Shown here: in pieces, positions 17,192 to 28,330 of the stretch
Numbering within the stretch: position 1 is the first letter of the stretch
Layout: every line of letters starts with the position of its first letter
DNA from: Clostridia bacterium
GTDB lineage: Bacteria; Bacillota; Clostridia; Oscillospirales; CAG-272
Direction of reading: 5' to 3'
Assembly: GCA_017550115.1 (NCBI GenBank)
Contig: JAFYLR010000034.1
Coordinates: 1 to 54,549 of the forward strand
DNA: 54,549 nt
The notes under the pieces: generated by a model
What the model was told of the DNA's origin: nothing
The model's input: only the letters and a program-made list of their open reading frames with translations
The model's database searches: none
Program-made: the position numbers and the translations under genes

Positions 17192-17839
17192 TCAATATGT
17201 CGGCGTATCGAGTCGCCAGCCGTCGTCGGTGAGCGTAAACGACAAAACAACCGTCATTTTCTCGCCCTCAAGAGAGCTTTCGATCTCTATATTGACAAAA
17301 TCCTCGCTTGACGGTGTTATCATCTTCATCGTGTCGTAGTCATAGGTTCTCGCCGAGGTTATAAGAGGCTCATACGACATACTTTTATATATCCAAGTGT
17401 CCCACTCGATATATTTTGCGGTCGTTACACCTGAAATGTCATCGGCGTATCCCACAAAAACCATTTCGTATATCGGCTCAAGATATTCTTTTGAATACAC
17501 CTTCTCCGCCGATATCTTTATATCCTCAATCGTAAGATACTTACTATCCTCTCGAACGACCTCATAGTCGTCCAAATATTCGGTCATATCAACATATATC
17601 TGCTTATCTTCATCGCTTCCGTCTCTTTTATGTACGGGAAGCCCCTCGCCGAAAAGAATATCGTTTATTTCTGCCGACGCTTCTATAAGAGAGATAAACT
17701 CGTCTTTTACGTCCTCAAGCGGCGGCGGATCGGTCATGATCGGGGACTTTGAGCAGGATGTGCCGACAAATAGGAGGAGTGCAGCGAAGATCGCTGCACT
17801 TGTTTTTTTTATTTTATTACTTTTTATGTTTATTTTCAT
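17192..17839 (-). CDS. Hypothetical lipoprotein, probably co-transcribed with gyrBA
   Basis: Basic N-terminus, hydrophobic stretch, GTSC lipobox; acidic mature domain ending DGWRLDTPTY. Confidence 0.75.
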   Translation of the reverse strand: MKINIKSNKIKKTSAAIFAALLLFVGTSCSKSPIMTDPPPLEDVKDEFISLIEASAEINDILFGEGLPVHKRDGSDEDKQIYVDMTEYLDDYEVVREDSKYLTIEDIKISAEKVYSKEYLEPIYEMVFVGYADDISGVTTAKYIEWDTWIYKSMSYEPLITSARTYDYDTMKMITPSSEDFVNIEIESSLEGEKMTVVLSFTLTDDGWRLDTPTY

Positions 17840-17860
17840 AAAACCCCTCCGCAGAGTCTA

Positions 17861-20350
17861 TCATTCCTCTGAGATCTTCTCGGCCGACTCTGCTATCTCG
17901 CTCTCGGGAGCAATACGTACGATACCCGAGATCAGTGCCTCGGAATCTACGTTCATTACGCGAACACCCGCCGCCGTTCTTGAATAAACGTTGATAGAAT
18001 CAACGGGCGTTCTGATTATCGTACCTGCATCTGTTATTATCATAACGTCATCGTTCTCTCCGACAGACGCAATACCCGCAAGCAGACCTGTATCTTCATT
18101 GATATTATGGCACATATAGCCTGCACCGCCGCGATTCTTCATATTTCTGAAGTCGCCAAACTCTGTTCTCTTACCCTTACCACGCTCGGTTACAGTAAGC
18201 AGCGTCTTGCCTTCCTCAACGAGAGCAATTCCCTTGATATAGTCGCCCTCACGCAAGCTCATACCTCTGACGCCTCGTGCGGCTCTGCCCATCGCTCTTA
18301 CGTTCTGCTCGCTGAAACGAACGGTATGACCCTCGTGCGAAGCGATAATGACGTCATTCGTACCGTTTGTATGAAGAACAGATACGAGCTCGTCGCCCTC
18401 ATCAAGTCCAAGAGCTATCTTTCCGCCCTTTCTCTGATACTCAAAGTCAGTAAGTAAAGTCTTTTTTATGACACCGTATTTCGTTACCATCGTCAGATAT
18501 TCGCCATCAACAAAATCCTTTATGCCAAGCACGGCGGTTATCTTTTCACCCTCACGCAAGTCGAGGATATTTACGACGTTCGTTCCCTTTGCCGTTCTTG
18601 AAGCCGAAGGAATACGGTAAGCCTTGACGGTATAAACACGTCCTGTATTTGTAAAGAGCATAAGATACGAATGGGAATTCATGACCGTTACCTTATCGAT
18701 AAAGTCATCTTCCTTTGTCGTCATTCCTATCTTGCCGACGCCGCCTCTGTTCTGTGCGGTGTATTCGGAAACGTGCTGACGCTTGATATATCCCGAATTT
18801 GTCATCGTAATAACGCAGGTATGACGTTCGATAAGATCTTCAAGATCTATCTCCTCTTCCGCCTCAACTATATCCGTCTTTCTGTCATCACCAAAGCGGT
18901 TCTTTATCTCATTCATCTCTTCCTTGATGATGTCAGAAACTCTGTATTCATTTGCAAGGATATCGCGAAGGTCCGCAATAAGCTCGCGTAGCTTCTGGAG
19001 CTCGTCCTCTATCTTCTGTCTTTCAAGACCCGTAAGTCGTCCGAGAGTCATCTCAACGATAGCCTGAGCCTGCTCATCCGAAAGGCCGAATCTCTCGCAA
19101 AGTCTTTCCTTTGAATGAGGAATAGACTCGGAGGTCTTCATTATCTCAACGACCTCGTCGATGTTATCGGTGGCTACTATATATCCCTCGAGGATATGCT
19201 CTCTCTTCTCAGCCTTGCGAAGCTCGAATGCAGTTCTTCTCGTAATTACCTGCTTCTGATGCTTGATGTATATGTCAAGTATATCTGCAAGAGGGAGTAT
19301 CTTCGGCTCACCGTTCACGAGTGCGAGCATATTTATGGCACAGGTGTCCTGAAGCTGGGTATATTTATAGAGCTGGTTCATAATTACTTGACCGTTCGCA
19401 TCGCGGCGGTATTCTACTACTATTCTCATACCGTCCTTACCCGATTCGTCACGAATGTCGGTAATTCCCTCTATTCTCTTGTCCTTAACGAGCTCTCCAA
19501 TGCTCTTGCAGAGCTCGCTCTTGTTTACCTGATAAGGTATTTCAGTGTAAATGATGCGGTTCTTTTCCGCCTCTATCTCACCCTTTGCGCGCACCATAAC
19601 GCGTCCCTTACCCGTTTTGTAGGCATCGATGATTCCGCGAGTGCCGTAGATAGTTGCGGCGGTGGGAAAATCGGGGCCCTTTATATATTCCATCAGCTCT
19701 TCTACCGAGCATTCGGGGTTATCCATACGATAGGTTGTAGCGTCGATGACCTCACAGAGATTGTGAGGGGGAATATTAGTCGCCATACCGACGGCGATAC
19801 CGATAGAACCGTTTACAAGCAGGTTCGGGAACTTACTTGGCAGAACGGTAGGCTCTTTTCTCTTATTATCGAAGTTTGGAGCGAAATCAACGACGTCCTT
19901 TTCGATATCTCTCATAAGATAATCGGCAATTCTACTCATTCTTGCCTCTGTGTAACGGTAAGCAGCCGCTCCGTCACCGTCAACCGAGCCGAAGTTACCC
20001 TGACCGTCAACAAGCTTATATCTCATAGAGAAATCCTGCGCGAAGCGCACCATAGTTCCGTAAACCGCCGCATCACCGTGAGGATGATAGCGGCCAAGCA
20101 CGTTACCGACGGTCGTTGCCGACTTGCAGTAAGGCTTGTCGTGCGTGAGGTTGTCCTCGTACATCGCATACATTATTCTTCTCTGACCGGGCTTCATACC
20201 GTCGCGTGCGTCGGGGAGCGCACGGCTCGTAATGACGCTCATCGAATATTCAATAAATGACTTTTTGACCTCTTTTTCAATGTCTATATCGACAATTTTT
20301 TGGTCCTCAAAAAGTATATCCTGTTCCGTATAATCGTTTTTCTTTGCCAC
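17861..20350 (-). CDS. gyrA: DNA gyrase subunit A
   Basis: RALPD, YHPHGD, catalytic AAYRYTEAR, GyrA-box-like QNRGGVG, beta-pinwheel C-terminal repeats. Confidence 0.98.
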   Translation of the reverse strand: MAKKNDYTEQDILFEDQKIVDIDIEKEVKKSFIEYSMSVITSRALPDARDGMKPGQRRIMYAMYEDNLTHDKPYCKSATTVGNVLGRYHPHGDAAVYGTMVRFAQDFSMRYKLVDGQGNFGSVDGDGAAAYRYTEARMSRIADYLMRDIEKDVVDFAPNFDNKRKEPTVLPSKFPNLLVNGSIGIAVGMATNIPPHNLCEVIDATTYRMDNPECSVEELMEYIKGPDFPTAATIYGTRGIIDAYKTGKGRVMVRAKGEIEAEKNRIIYTEIPYQVNKSELCKSIGELVKDKRIEGITDIRDESGKDGMRIVVEYRRDANGQVIMNQLYKYTQLQDTCAINMLALVNGEPKILPLADILDIYIKHQKQVITRRTAFELRKAEKREHILEGYIVATDNIDEVVEIMKTSESIPHSKERLCERFGLSDEQAQAIVEMTLGRLTGLERQKIEDELQKLRELIADLRDILANEYRVSDIIKEEMNEIKNRFGDDRKTDIVEAEEEIDLEDLIERHTCVITMTNSGYIKRQHVSEYTAQNRGGVGKIGMTTKEDDFIDKVTVMNSHSYLMLFTNTGRVYTVKAYRIPSASRTAKGTNVVNILDLREGEKITAVLGIKDFVDGEYLTMVTKYGVIKKTLLTDFEYQRKGGKIALGLDEGDELVSVLHTNGTNDVIIASHEGHTVRFSEQNVRAMGRAARGVRGMSLREGDYIKGIALVEEGKTLLTVTERGKGKRTEFGDFRNMKNRGGAGYMCHNINEDTGLLAGIASVGENDDVMIITDAGTIIRTPVDSINVYSRTAAGVRVMNVDSEALISGIVRIAPESEIAESAEKISEE

Positions 20351-20372
20351 TTTCTTTTACGCCTTTCCTTTA

Positions 20373-22307
<1,935 letters not shown>

Positions 22308-22337
22308 TCAGATTTTGTTTTACGCTTTTTTCTTTAT

Positions 22338-22616
22338 TTATTCGTAGTTATTTTCAAGTCTTCCAATAAGAGCAAGAGAAGAAAGCTGAGAAAAGCATAT
22401 CTTGAACTTGCCTCTGTCCGCAAAATCACTTTCCGTATCGGAATATATAATGAAAGACTTTGGAATTTCATTGTTTGCCGACTCAAGCATGCCTTCTTTT
22501 TCGGCGTTTACAAGATATTTTCTTGTTTCTGCCGACATACTTGCGTTATCTGTATCAAAAATTCCTATTATATTTTTTTCTCTTATGTTTTTGTTGTTTC
22601 CAACGTGAAGATACAT
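22338..22616 (-). CDS. remB: DUF370/RemB (YaaB) family protein
   Basis: MYLHVG...IIGIFD, PKSFII and SQLSS motifs; canonical position between recF and gyrB; RBS favours ATG 22616. Confidence 0.85.
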   Translation of the reverse strand: MYLHVGNNKNIREKNIIGIFDTDNASMSAETRKYLVNAEKEGMLESANNEIPKSFIIYSDTESDFADRGKFKICFSQLSSLALIGRLENNYE

Positions 22617-22630
22617 ATTTTTATATCCTC

Positions 22631-23740
22631 TCAAAAAATGTATTCGCCGTTTTTTACGATAATTTTTTTTGATGTCGCAAAATACGTCTTTTCACAGGTC
22701 GATATAATAACCTGCCTGTCCTTTATCGAGCAGAGAAGAAAATTACGTCGCCTCTCATCAAGCTCACTCAGCACGTCATCAAGCAAAAATATCGGATTCT
22801 CGCCCGTCTCATACCGACATATATCCCCTTCCGCGAGCTTCATCGCAAGAGCAAGAGACCTCTGTTGCCCTTGAGACGCAAAGGACCTTGCACTTTTGCC
22901 GTTTATAAGAATTTCTATATCGTCCTTATGAATTCCCCAGAGAGTTGAGCCTGCCGCTATCTCTCTCTCAATATTAGAGCTTAAAAGTTCTTTATATCTT
23001 TTCTCGACCGCCTCTATATCCTCATATTCGTCCGGACTCTGTTTCGATGAACCTATATATGACATCTCAACATTTTCTTTTTTGTCCGTCATCTCACAGA
23101 AATATTCGGCAACGGCTTCCTCAACCTTTTTTACGTATCTTGACCTTATATGACTGATAAACGCCGCTTCGTGTGCCAACTGTTCACTCCATATATTTAT
23201 AGTTTCCTTTAATGTGGAAAAGTCAGCTTCTGCATTTTTTATCAGTTTATTTCTTTGTTCAAGTATAGCATAATATTTTTGCAGAGATTTGAGATAAACG
23301 GGCCTGAACTGAGATATTGCAACGTCGAGATAGTTACGCCTCATAGAAGGCCCTTCTTTTATCAAGGACAGATGCTCCGGACAGAATAATACTGCCCTGA
23401 AACAGCCTATCATTTCACTCAACTTATCAATTTTAACGCCGTTTAAGAGTATTTTTCTGCGACAGCCTCTCGCAACGCCCACCGAAAGAGTCTGAATATC
23501 GCTTCTTGAAGAGTCCTTAAACCCTATTTCTATGAGATATTCTTTTTCTCCGAATTTTATGGCGTCCGCTTCCTTTACGGCACGAAAGCTTTTTCCTGTA
23601 GTAAAAGTATATATAGCCTCGATAAGATTTGTTTTTCCTTGAGCGTTGTCTCCTTCAAGAACATTTACTCCATCATCAAAAACTATCTCTTCATCTTCTA
23701 TATTTCTATAATTTTTAAGCTTTATATAGTTACATACCAT
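22631..23740 (-). CDS. recF: DNA replication/repair protein RecF
   Basis: GDNAQGKTN, SQGQQRS and LLDDVLSELD motifs. Confidence 0.97.
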   Translation of the reverse strand: MVCNYIKLKNYRNIEDEEIVFDDGVNVLEGDNAQGKTNLIEAIYTFTTGKSFRAVKEADAIKFGEKEYLIEIGFKDSSRSDIQTLSVGVARGCRRKILLNGVKIDKLSEMIGCFRAVLFCPEHLSLIKEGPSMRRNYLDVAISQFRPVYLKSLQKYYAILEQRNKLIKNAEADFSTLKETINIWSEQLAHEAAFISHIRSRYVKKVEEAVAEYFCEMTDKKENVEMSYIGSSKQSPDEYEDIEAVEKRYKELLSSNIEREIAAGSTLWGIHKDDIEILINGKSARSFASQGQQRSLALAMKLAEGDICRYETGENPIFLLDDVLSELDERRRNFLLCSIKDRQVIISTCEKTYFATSKKIIVKNGEYIF

Positions 23741-23745
23741 AAAAA

Positions 23746-24897
23746 TTATTCTTTTATGCGAACAGGAAGAATCATATAAAGCTCTTCTATTCCGTCTTCC
23801 TCTTCAAGAGGCTCTATATTCATGCTTGTAAGTGGAGTAGATATTGAAAGCTTTATCTTTTCTGTGTCACAAGAGCGTATAGAATCCATAAGATAACGGT
23901 TGTTGAATGCAATCAACACATCTTCACCCTCATGACTTATTTTAACCTCGTCATAAGAGCTTCCGTTAGTAGAAACTGCGGAAATTTCTATATTTTCTCC
24001 GCTTACGTTAAGCTTAACGTGTGAACGAACGCTTCCCGCTATCTTTTCTTCGGTTATAAGAGCAGCTCTCTCAAGAGAGGACATAAGCTCTTCCTTATTT
24101 ACTTCAACCGTAACCTTATGATTTGTGAGTATAATTCTTTCATAATCTATATACTCGCCCTCTATAAGTCTTGAGAAGAATATTATATTTCCAATCTCAA
24201 AAACTATATGCTTTCTCATAAGGTATATTCTCGTCATCTTTTCCTCGTCGTTTGAGAGGAGCTTATAAAGCTCGTTTACAGTTTTAACGGGAAGAATAAA
24301 AGAATAATGTATATATTTATCGCTTTCGTTTCCTTTTTTGATTTCAGTACGTCTTGAGCAACGAGCAAGCTTGAAGCTGTCACACGCAACTATCATAATA
24401 CCGTCGTCATTTACGTGAACAAAACAGCCGTTCAATACCTGTCTTTGATCTACAGTACCCATAGCATAGGTCGTTTTATCCAACATCTTGCGTAAAACAC
24501 CTTCACCTATATAGAAACCCATCTCACTCTTCAAAGAGGGTACAGACGGAAAATTTTCACCCTCAAGAGCGTTCAGACGGAATGTAGAACGACCGCTTGT
24601 TATCGTCGCACATAATTTTTCATCTACAGTGAGAGTTATATCCTCGTTTTCCATAACGTAAAGAGTCTGATTGAACTTTTGAGCATTTATAACGAAATAT
24701 CCTTCTTCTATTACCTCTGCTTCGATCGTCGTTCTCATTCCCTTTTCAAGCTCGTATGTTGTGAGAATAACTGTATTCGGCATCTTTGCTTCTATAAGAA
24801 TACCTTCAACTGCAGGTAAAGTAGATCTGCTTTGAGCCGTTGCCATAAGAGGAGCTATTGCGTTTGCGAGTATTTTACGTTTGAAAATGATTTTCAT
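23746..24897 (-). CDS. dnaN: DNA polymerase III beta sliding clamp
   Basis: SRLIEGEYIDY, SLERAAL, IAFNNRYL and MILPVR motifs; lies downstream of dnaA. Confidence 0.96.
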   Translation of the reverse strand: MKIIFKRKILANAIAPLMATAQSRSTLPAVEGILIEAKMPNTVILTTYELEKGMRTTIEAEVIEEGYFVINAQKFNQTLYVMENEDITLTVDEKLCATITSGRSTFRLNALEGENFPSVPSLKSEMGFYIGEGVLRKMLDKTTYAMGTVDQRQVLNGCFVHVNDDGIMIVACDSFKLARCSRRTEIKKGNESDKYIHYSFILPVKTVNELYKLLSNDEEKMTRIYLMRKHIVFEIGNIIFFSRLIEGEYIDYERIILTNHKVTVEVNKEELMSSLERAALITEEKIAGSVRSHVKLNVSGENIEISAVSTNGSSYDEVKISHEGEDVLIAFNNRYLMDSIRSCDTEKIKLSISTPLTSMNIEPLEEEDGIEELYMILPVRIKE

Positions 24898-25433
24898 TTT
24901 TAATTTTTCCCTCCGTTTTTTTAAGATAGAATAGAAAGAATAGAATAGAAAAGAATAGTAGTATTATTAGTGTTTGTTGATAATGTGGAAAAGTGAATTT
25001 TCCCTCATTTTTAGATTCCGAAAGTCTTTATTTTCAAGTTTTTTAATTATTTTCACAGAAAAGATAAAAGTGGAAAATACATAATAAAACATTCAAAAAA
25101 ACAGACATATGTTTGTGCAAAAACTGTTCTTAATTTTTTAGAATAGAAATATTCAAGGAAATTAAAAAATAAATGAAAAAAATCAAAAAACAAAACTTGA
25201 AAAATAATGTTGATAATGTGGAAAATAAATTTATTTTATGCTGAAGATTGGAATTATCAACAGCTATGTATAAAACTTTCTAAACAATCTAAATACATAT
25301 AAAATAAACTAAATCCAAAATTTTCTATTTGATATTCAACAAAGTTTTCCACATACAAAAATCAAGATTTTATTTTTAGATATAAAGTGTGGATAAGCTA
25401 TTTAGAAGAATGTTATAAAGCTGTTATATAATA
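24898..25433. other. Chromosomal replication origin (oriC, dnaA-dnaN intergenic)
   Basis: Very AT-rich; DnaA boxes at 24975-24983, 24984-24992, 25208-25216, 25217-25225, 25254-25262, 25345-25353 and a perfect TGTGGATAA at 25388-25396; DnaA-trios TAG TAG TAT TAT TAG at 24956-24970; ATAGA repeats at 24926-24958. Confidence 0.92.
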
Positions 25434-26843
25434 TCAAAGCTCTCCAGTTTCAACTTCCTTTGTTATTTCTTCAAGCTCCATAACAATCATATTGTCCGAA
25501 ATGAGTTTTTTCTCAACAATGTCAATAGACGCCATAACGGTACTGTGATCTCTGTTAAATATCTTACCTATATTAGGCAAACTCATTTCTGTTATCTTGC
25601 GTATAAGATAAATAGTTATATGTCTTGCCTTTGCAAGATCCTTTGTTCTTTTAGCACCGATTAGCTCGTCTTTCTTAAATCCGTATTTTTTATATACAGA
25701 GAGAAATATTTTATCTATTGTAACGCTTACAGGCTCTGCCCCTCCGAGAAGCTCATGAAGCAGGTTTTTAGCTACTTCAATAGTTATTTCCTTGCCGGAA
25801 AGGAATATAAGAGCACTCAATTTCTTGATAGCTCCCTCTATCTGCCTTATGTTTGAACGAAGATTTTCGGCAAGAAAAGTAAGAACGTCATCGGGAATGG
25901 TTATCTTACCCTGCTCAGCCTTCTTTTTGATGATAGCCATTCTGAGTTCAAGATCGGGAGGCTGTATGTCTGCCAAAAGTCCCATCTCAAATCTTGAAAC
26001 AAGTCTTCTCTCAAGGTCGGGAATTTCTCTTGGCGGACGGTCACTTGTCATAATTATTTGTTTCTCGTTCTCATAGAGAGCGTTGAAGGTATGGAAAAAT
26101 TCCTCCTGCGTTGCGACCTTACTTGCAATAAACTGTATGTCGTCTATCATCAGAATGTCGCACTTACGGTATTTTTCACGGACTTGCGACATTGATTGTC
26201 TTGAAAGACTGTCGATAAGCTGGTTTGTGAAATCCTCGCCCTTTATGTAAACTATATTTGCATCGGGATTTTCTTTTTTTATTTTGTTCGTTATAGCGTA
26301 CATCAAGTGAGTTTTACCTATACCGCTCGGACCGTAAAGGAAAAGAGGATTATATTGAGACGCTGTGTGTCCCTCTTCAGCGTTTACGACGTTTTGAGCA
26401 ACAGCCCAACAAGCAGCTCTTGCAAAGTTGTTTGAGCTTCCCTCAATGAAGTTATCAAAGGTATATTCAAAATTGAATGAAGGAAAGGGAGAAAAATTAT
26501 TCTTTTCCGTTTCTTCAAAATTGTCTTTTTCCTCTGTTTTTTCGGACGTATCCTCAGAGAACAAATTTACACCTCTATCATTGCTTTCAAACAAAACAGA
26601 AACCTTTATGCTGTGACCGAGAAAATCCTCAAAAGCCTCTTCCAAAACCTTTACATATTTGTTATTTATGATACTTATTTTGTATTCGGAAGGACCAAAA
26701 AGCACGATTTCATCTTTTGTAAAAGAATGTATATAGAGATCAGAAAACCATAGGTCAACAGTAGAAGAAGCAAATTTGTTATCTTCAACAAAAGAACGCT
26801 TTATTTGTTCCCAAATGTTTTTTATTTCCTCAGAATTTAACAT
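25434..26843 (-). CDS. dnaA: Chromosomal replication initiator DnaA
   Basis: YTFDNF, YNPLFLYGPSGIGKTHL, IDDIQF, QEEFFHTFN and RDHSTV motifs; ATG 26843 behind AGGAG. Confidence 0.98.
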   Translation of the reverse strand: MLNSEEIKNIWEQIKRSFVEDNKFASSTVDLWFSDLYIHSFTKDEIVLFGPSEYKISIINNKYVKVLEEAFEDFLGHSIKVSVLFESNDRGVNLFSEDTSEKTEEKDNFEETEKNNFSPFPSFNFEYTFDNFIEGSSNNFARAACWAVAQNVVNAEEGHTASQYNPLFLYGPSGIGKTHLMYAITNKIKKENPDANIVYIKGEDFTNQLIDSLSRQSMSQVREKYRKCDILMIDDIQFIASKVATQEEFFHTFNALYENEKQIIMTSDRPPREIPDLERRLVSRFEMGLLADIQPPDLELRMAIIKKKAEQGKITIPDDVLTFLAENLRSNIRQIEGAIKKLSALIFLSGKEITIEVAKNLLHELLGGAEPVSVTIDKIFLSVYKKYGFKKDELIGAKRTKDLAKARHITIYLIRKITEMSLPNIGKIFNRDHSTVMASIDIVEKKLISDNMIVMELEEITKEVETGEL

Positions 26844-26895
26844 CCTAAGACTCCTTAAAAAAGAAATTTTTTTACACATATATAGTATTATATAT

Positions 26896-27000
26896 ATTAT
26901 AACATATTATTATATATATTGCAAGTAAAATAATCATTTTTTTATGTGGAAAACTTTTTTTATTTAAATTATTTACATATATCGCGTTTTTTGATATAAT
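26896..27000. promoter_or_regulatory. Back-to-back sigma-A promoters of dnaA (-) and rarA (+) with a DnaA box between them
   Basis: Minus: TTGCAA(26924-26919)-17-TATAAT(26901-26896); plus: TTTACA(26972)-17-TATAAT(26995); both TG-extended; TGTGGAAAA at 26945-26953. Confidence 0.75.
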
Positions 27001-27017
27001 AGCAGATGAAAAAGTTA

Positions 27018-27033
27018 TGTTTCACGTTAAACA
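27018..27033. promoter_or_regulatory. parS-like site
   Basis: TGTTTCACGTTAAACA, 15/16 match to TGTTTCACGTGAAACA. Confidence 0.7.
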
Positions 27034-27059
27034 ATAAAAAACAAAAAAGAGGAATCGTT

Positions 27060-28295
27060 ATGAGAAACGCACAGCTTGCCGATATATTGCGTCCGAAGAG
27101 CTTTGACGAAATAGTAGGTCAAAAGCATCTTTTCGGAGAGCGTGGTGTTGTTCGTCGAATGATAGAAAAATCAAAAATAAATAATATGATATTTTTCGGC
27201 CCTCCCGGTACCGGAAAAACTACTGCCGCTACTATCATAGCTGAGAAAAGCGGAATGGTTTTCCGCCGCCTGAACGCAACGACGGCATCTCTTTCCGACG
27301 TAAAGGAAATAGCGAACGAAACGAATAACGTTTTCGGTAGCGGAGGGATACTTTTGTATCTTGATGAGATACAATATTTCAACCGTAAACAACAGCAATC
27401 CCTGCTTGAATATATGGAGGACGGTCGCATAACCCTTATTGCATCAACGACCGAAAATCCGCATTTTTATATATATAATGCTATACTTTCACGTTCTTCT
27501 TTGTTTGAGTTTAAGCCTGTTGCACCCGAGGACTGCATCGCGGCTCTCAGACGTGCTTTTGACTATCTCAATAAGTTGGAAAACGAAAACAAAAAGGTTG
27601 AGGATAACGTACTTTTATACATAGCAAAAATAGCTCAGGGTGACGTTAGAAGTGCAATAGTTGTCTTAGAGAATTCTTTCTATTCTGCCGAAAATGAGAT
27701 AAAAAAAGAGGACGTTGACGCTTTTAATGCGATGGGAGGAAGCTTTAATGACGATACTCATTACGACCTACTTTCCTGTCTGCAAAAGTCTATTCGAGGC
27801 TCGGATCCAGATGCGACCGCATTTTACGTAGCAAAGCTGATAGCTGCGGGTGAGCTGTTATCTCTTTGCCGTCGATTGCAGGTGATAGCAAGTGAGGATA
27901 TAGGACTTGCATATCCCATGGCGGCGGTCATAACCCGTTCCTGCTGTGAATCCGCTGTAGAATTAGGGCTTCCCGAGGGACGAATACCCTTGATAAATGC
28001 GGCTATAATGCTCGCAACAGCACCTAAATCAAACTCTGCTTATATGGCTTTGGCGGCGGCAAGCGAGGACGTTGAAGCAGGACTTGGAGTCGAGTGTCCG
28101 CCGCATCTGCAAAGTCCGCTTTTCAAGGGATATAAGTATCCGCACGATGCCCCGAATCATTATTTGAATCAGCAGTATCTTCCGAACGACATCAAAAATA
28201 ATATATATTATAAGTTCGGAGATAACAAGACAGAGCAGACGGCAAAAGCATATGCAGATTCTATAGGAAGCTCAAAATATAAAACCGACAAATGA
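27060..28295 (+). CDS. rarA: Replication-associated recombination protein A (RarA/MgsA, AAA+)
   Basis: LADILRPKSFDEIVGQ, GPPGTGKTT, STTENP, KSIRGSDPDA, ASEDIGLA, APKSNS and YKYPHD motifs; ATG 27060 behind GAGGA. Confidence 0.96.
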   Translation: MRNAQLADILRPKSFDEIVGQKHLFGERGVVRRMIEKSKINNMIFFGPPGTGKTTAATIIAEKSGMVFRRLNATTASLSDVKEIANETNNVFGSGGILLYLDEIQYFNRKQQQSLLEYMEDGRITLIASTTENPHFYIYNAILSRSSLFEFKPVAPEDCIAALRRAFDYLNKLENENKKVEDNVLLYIAKIAQGDVRSAIVVLENSFYSAENEIKKEDVDAFNAMGGSFNDDTHYDLLSCLQKSIRGSDPDATAFYVAKLIAAGELLSLCRRLQVIASEDIGLAYPMAAVITRSCCESAVELGLPEGRIPLINAAIMLATAPKSNSAYMALAAASEDVEAGLGVECPPHLQSPLFKGYKYPHDAPNHYLNQQYLPNDIKNNIYYKFGDNKTEQTAKAYADSIGSSKYKTDK

Positions 28296-28330
28296 CAATA
28301 TTTGTCTTATTATGATGGTGAAAAAATAAA

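Noticed and set aside
19115-20260. 381-aa ORF antisense to gyrA
   Set aside because: It lies entirely opposite a conserved gene, with no RBS or recognisable motif. It is a typical shadow ORF produced by codon bias.
24926-24970. Short tandem repeats (ATAGA, TAG) as a CRISPR or microsatellite
   Set aside because: There is no repeat-spacer periodicity or cas gene. They are explained as the oriC DnaA-trios and AT-rich unwinding region.
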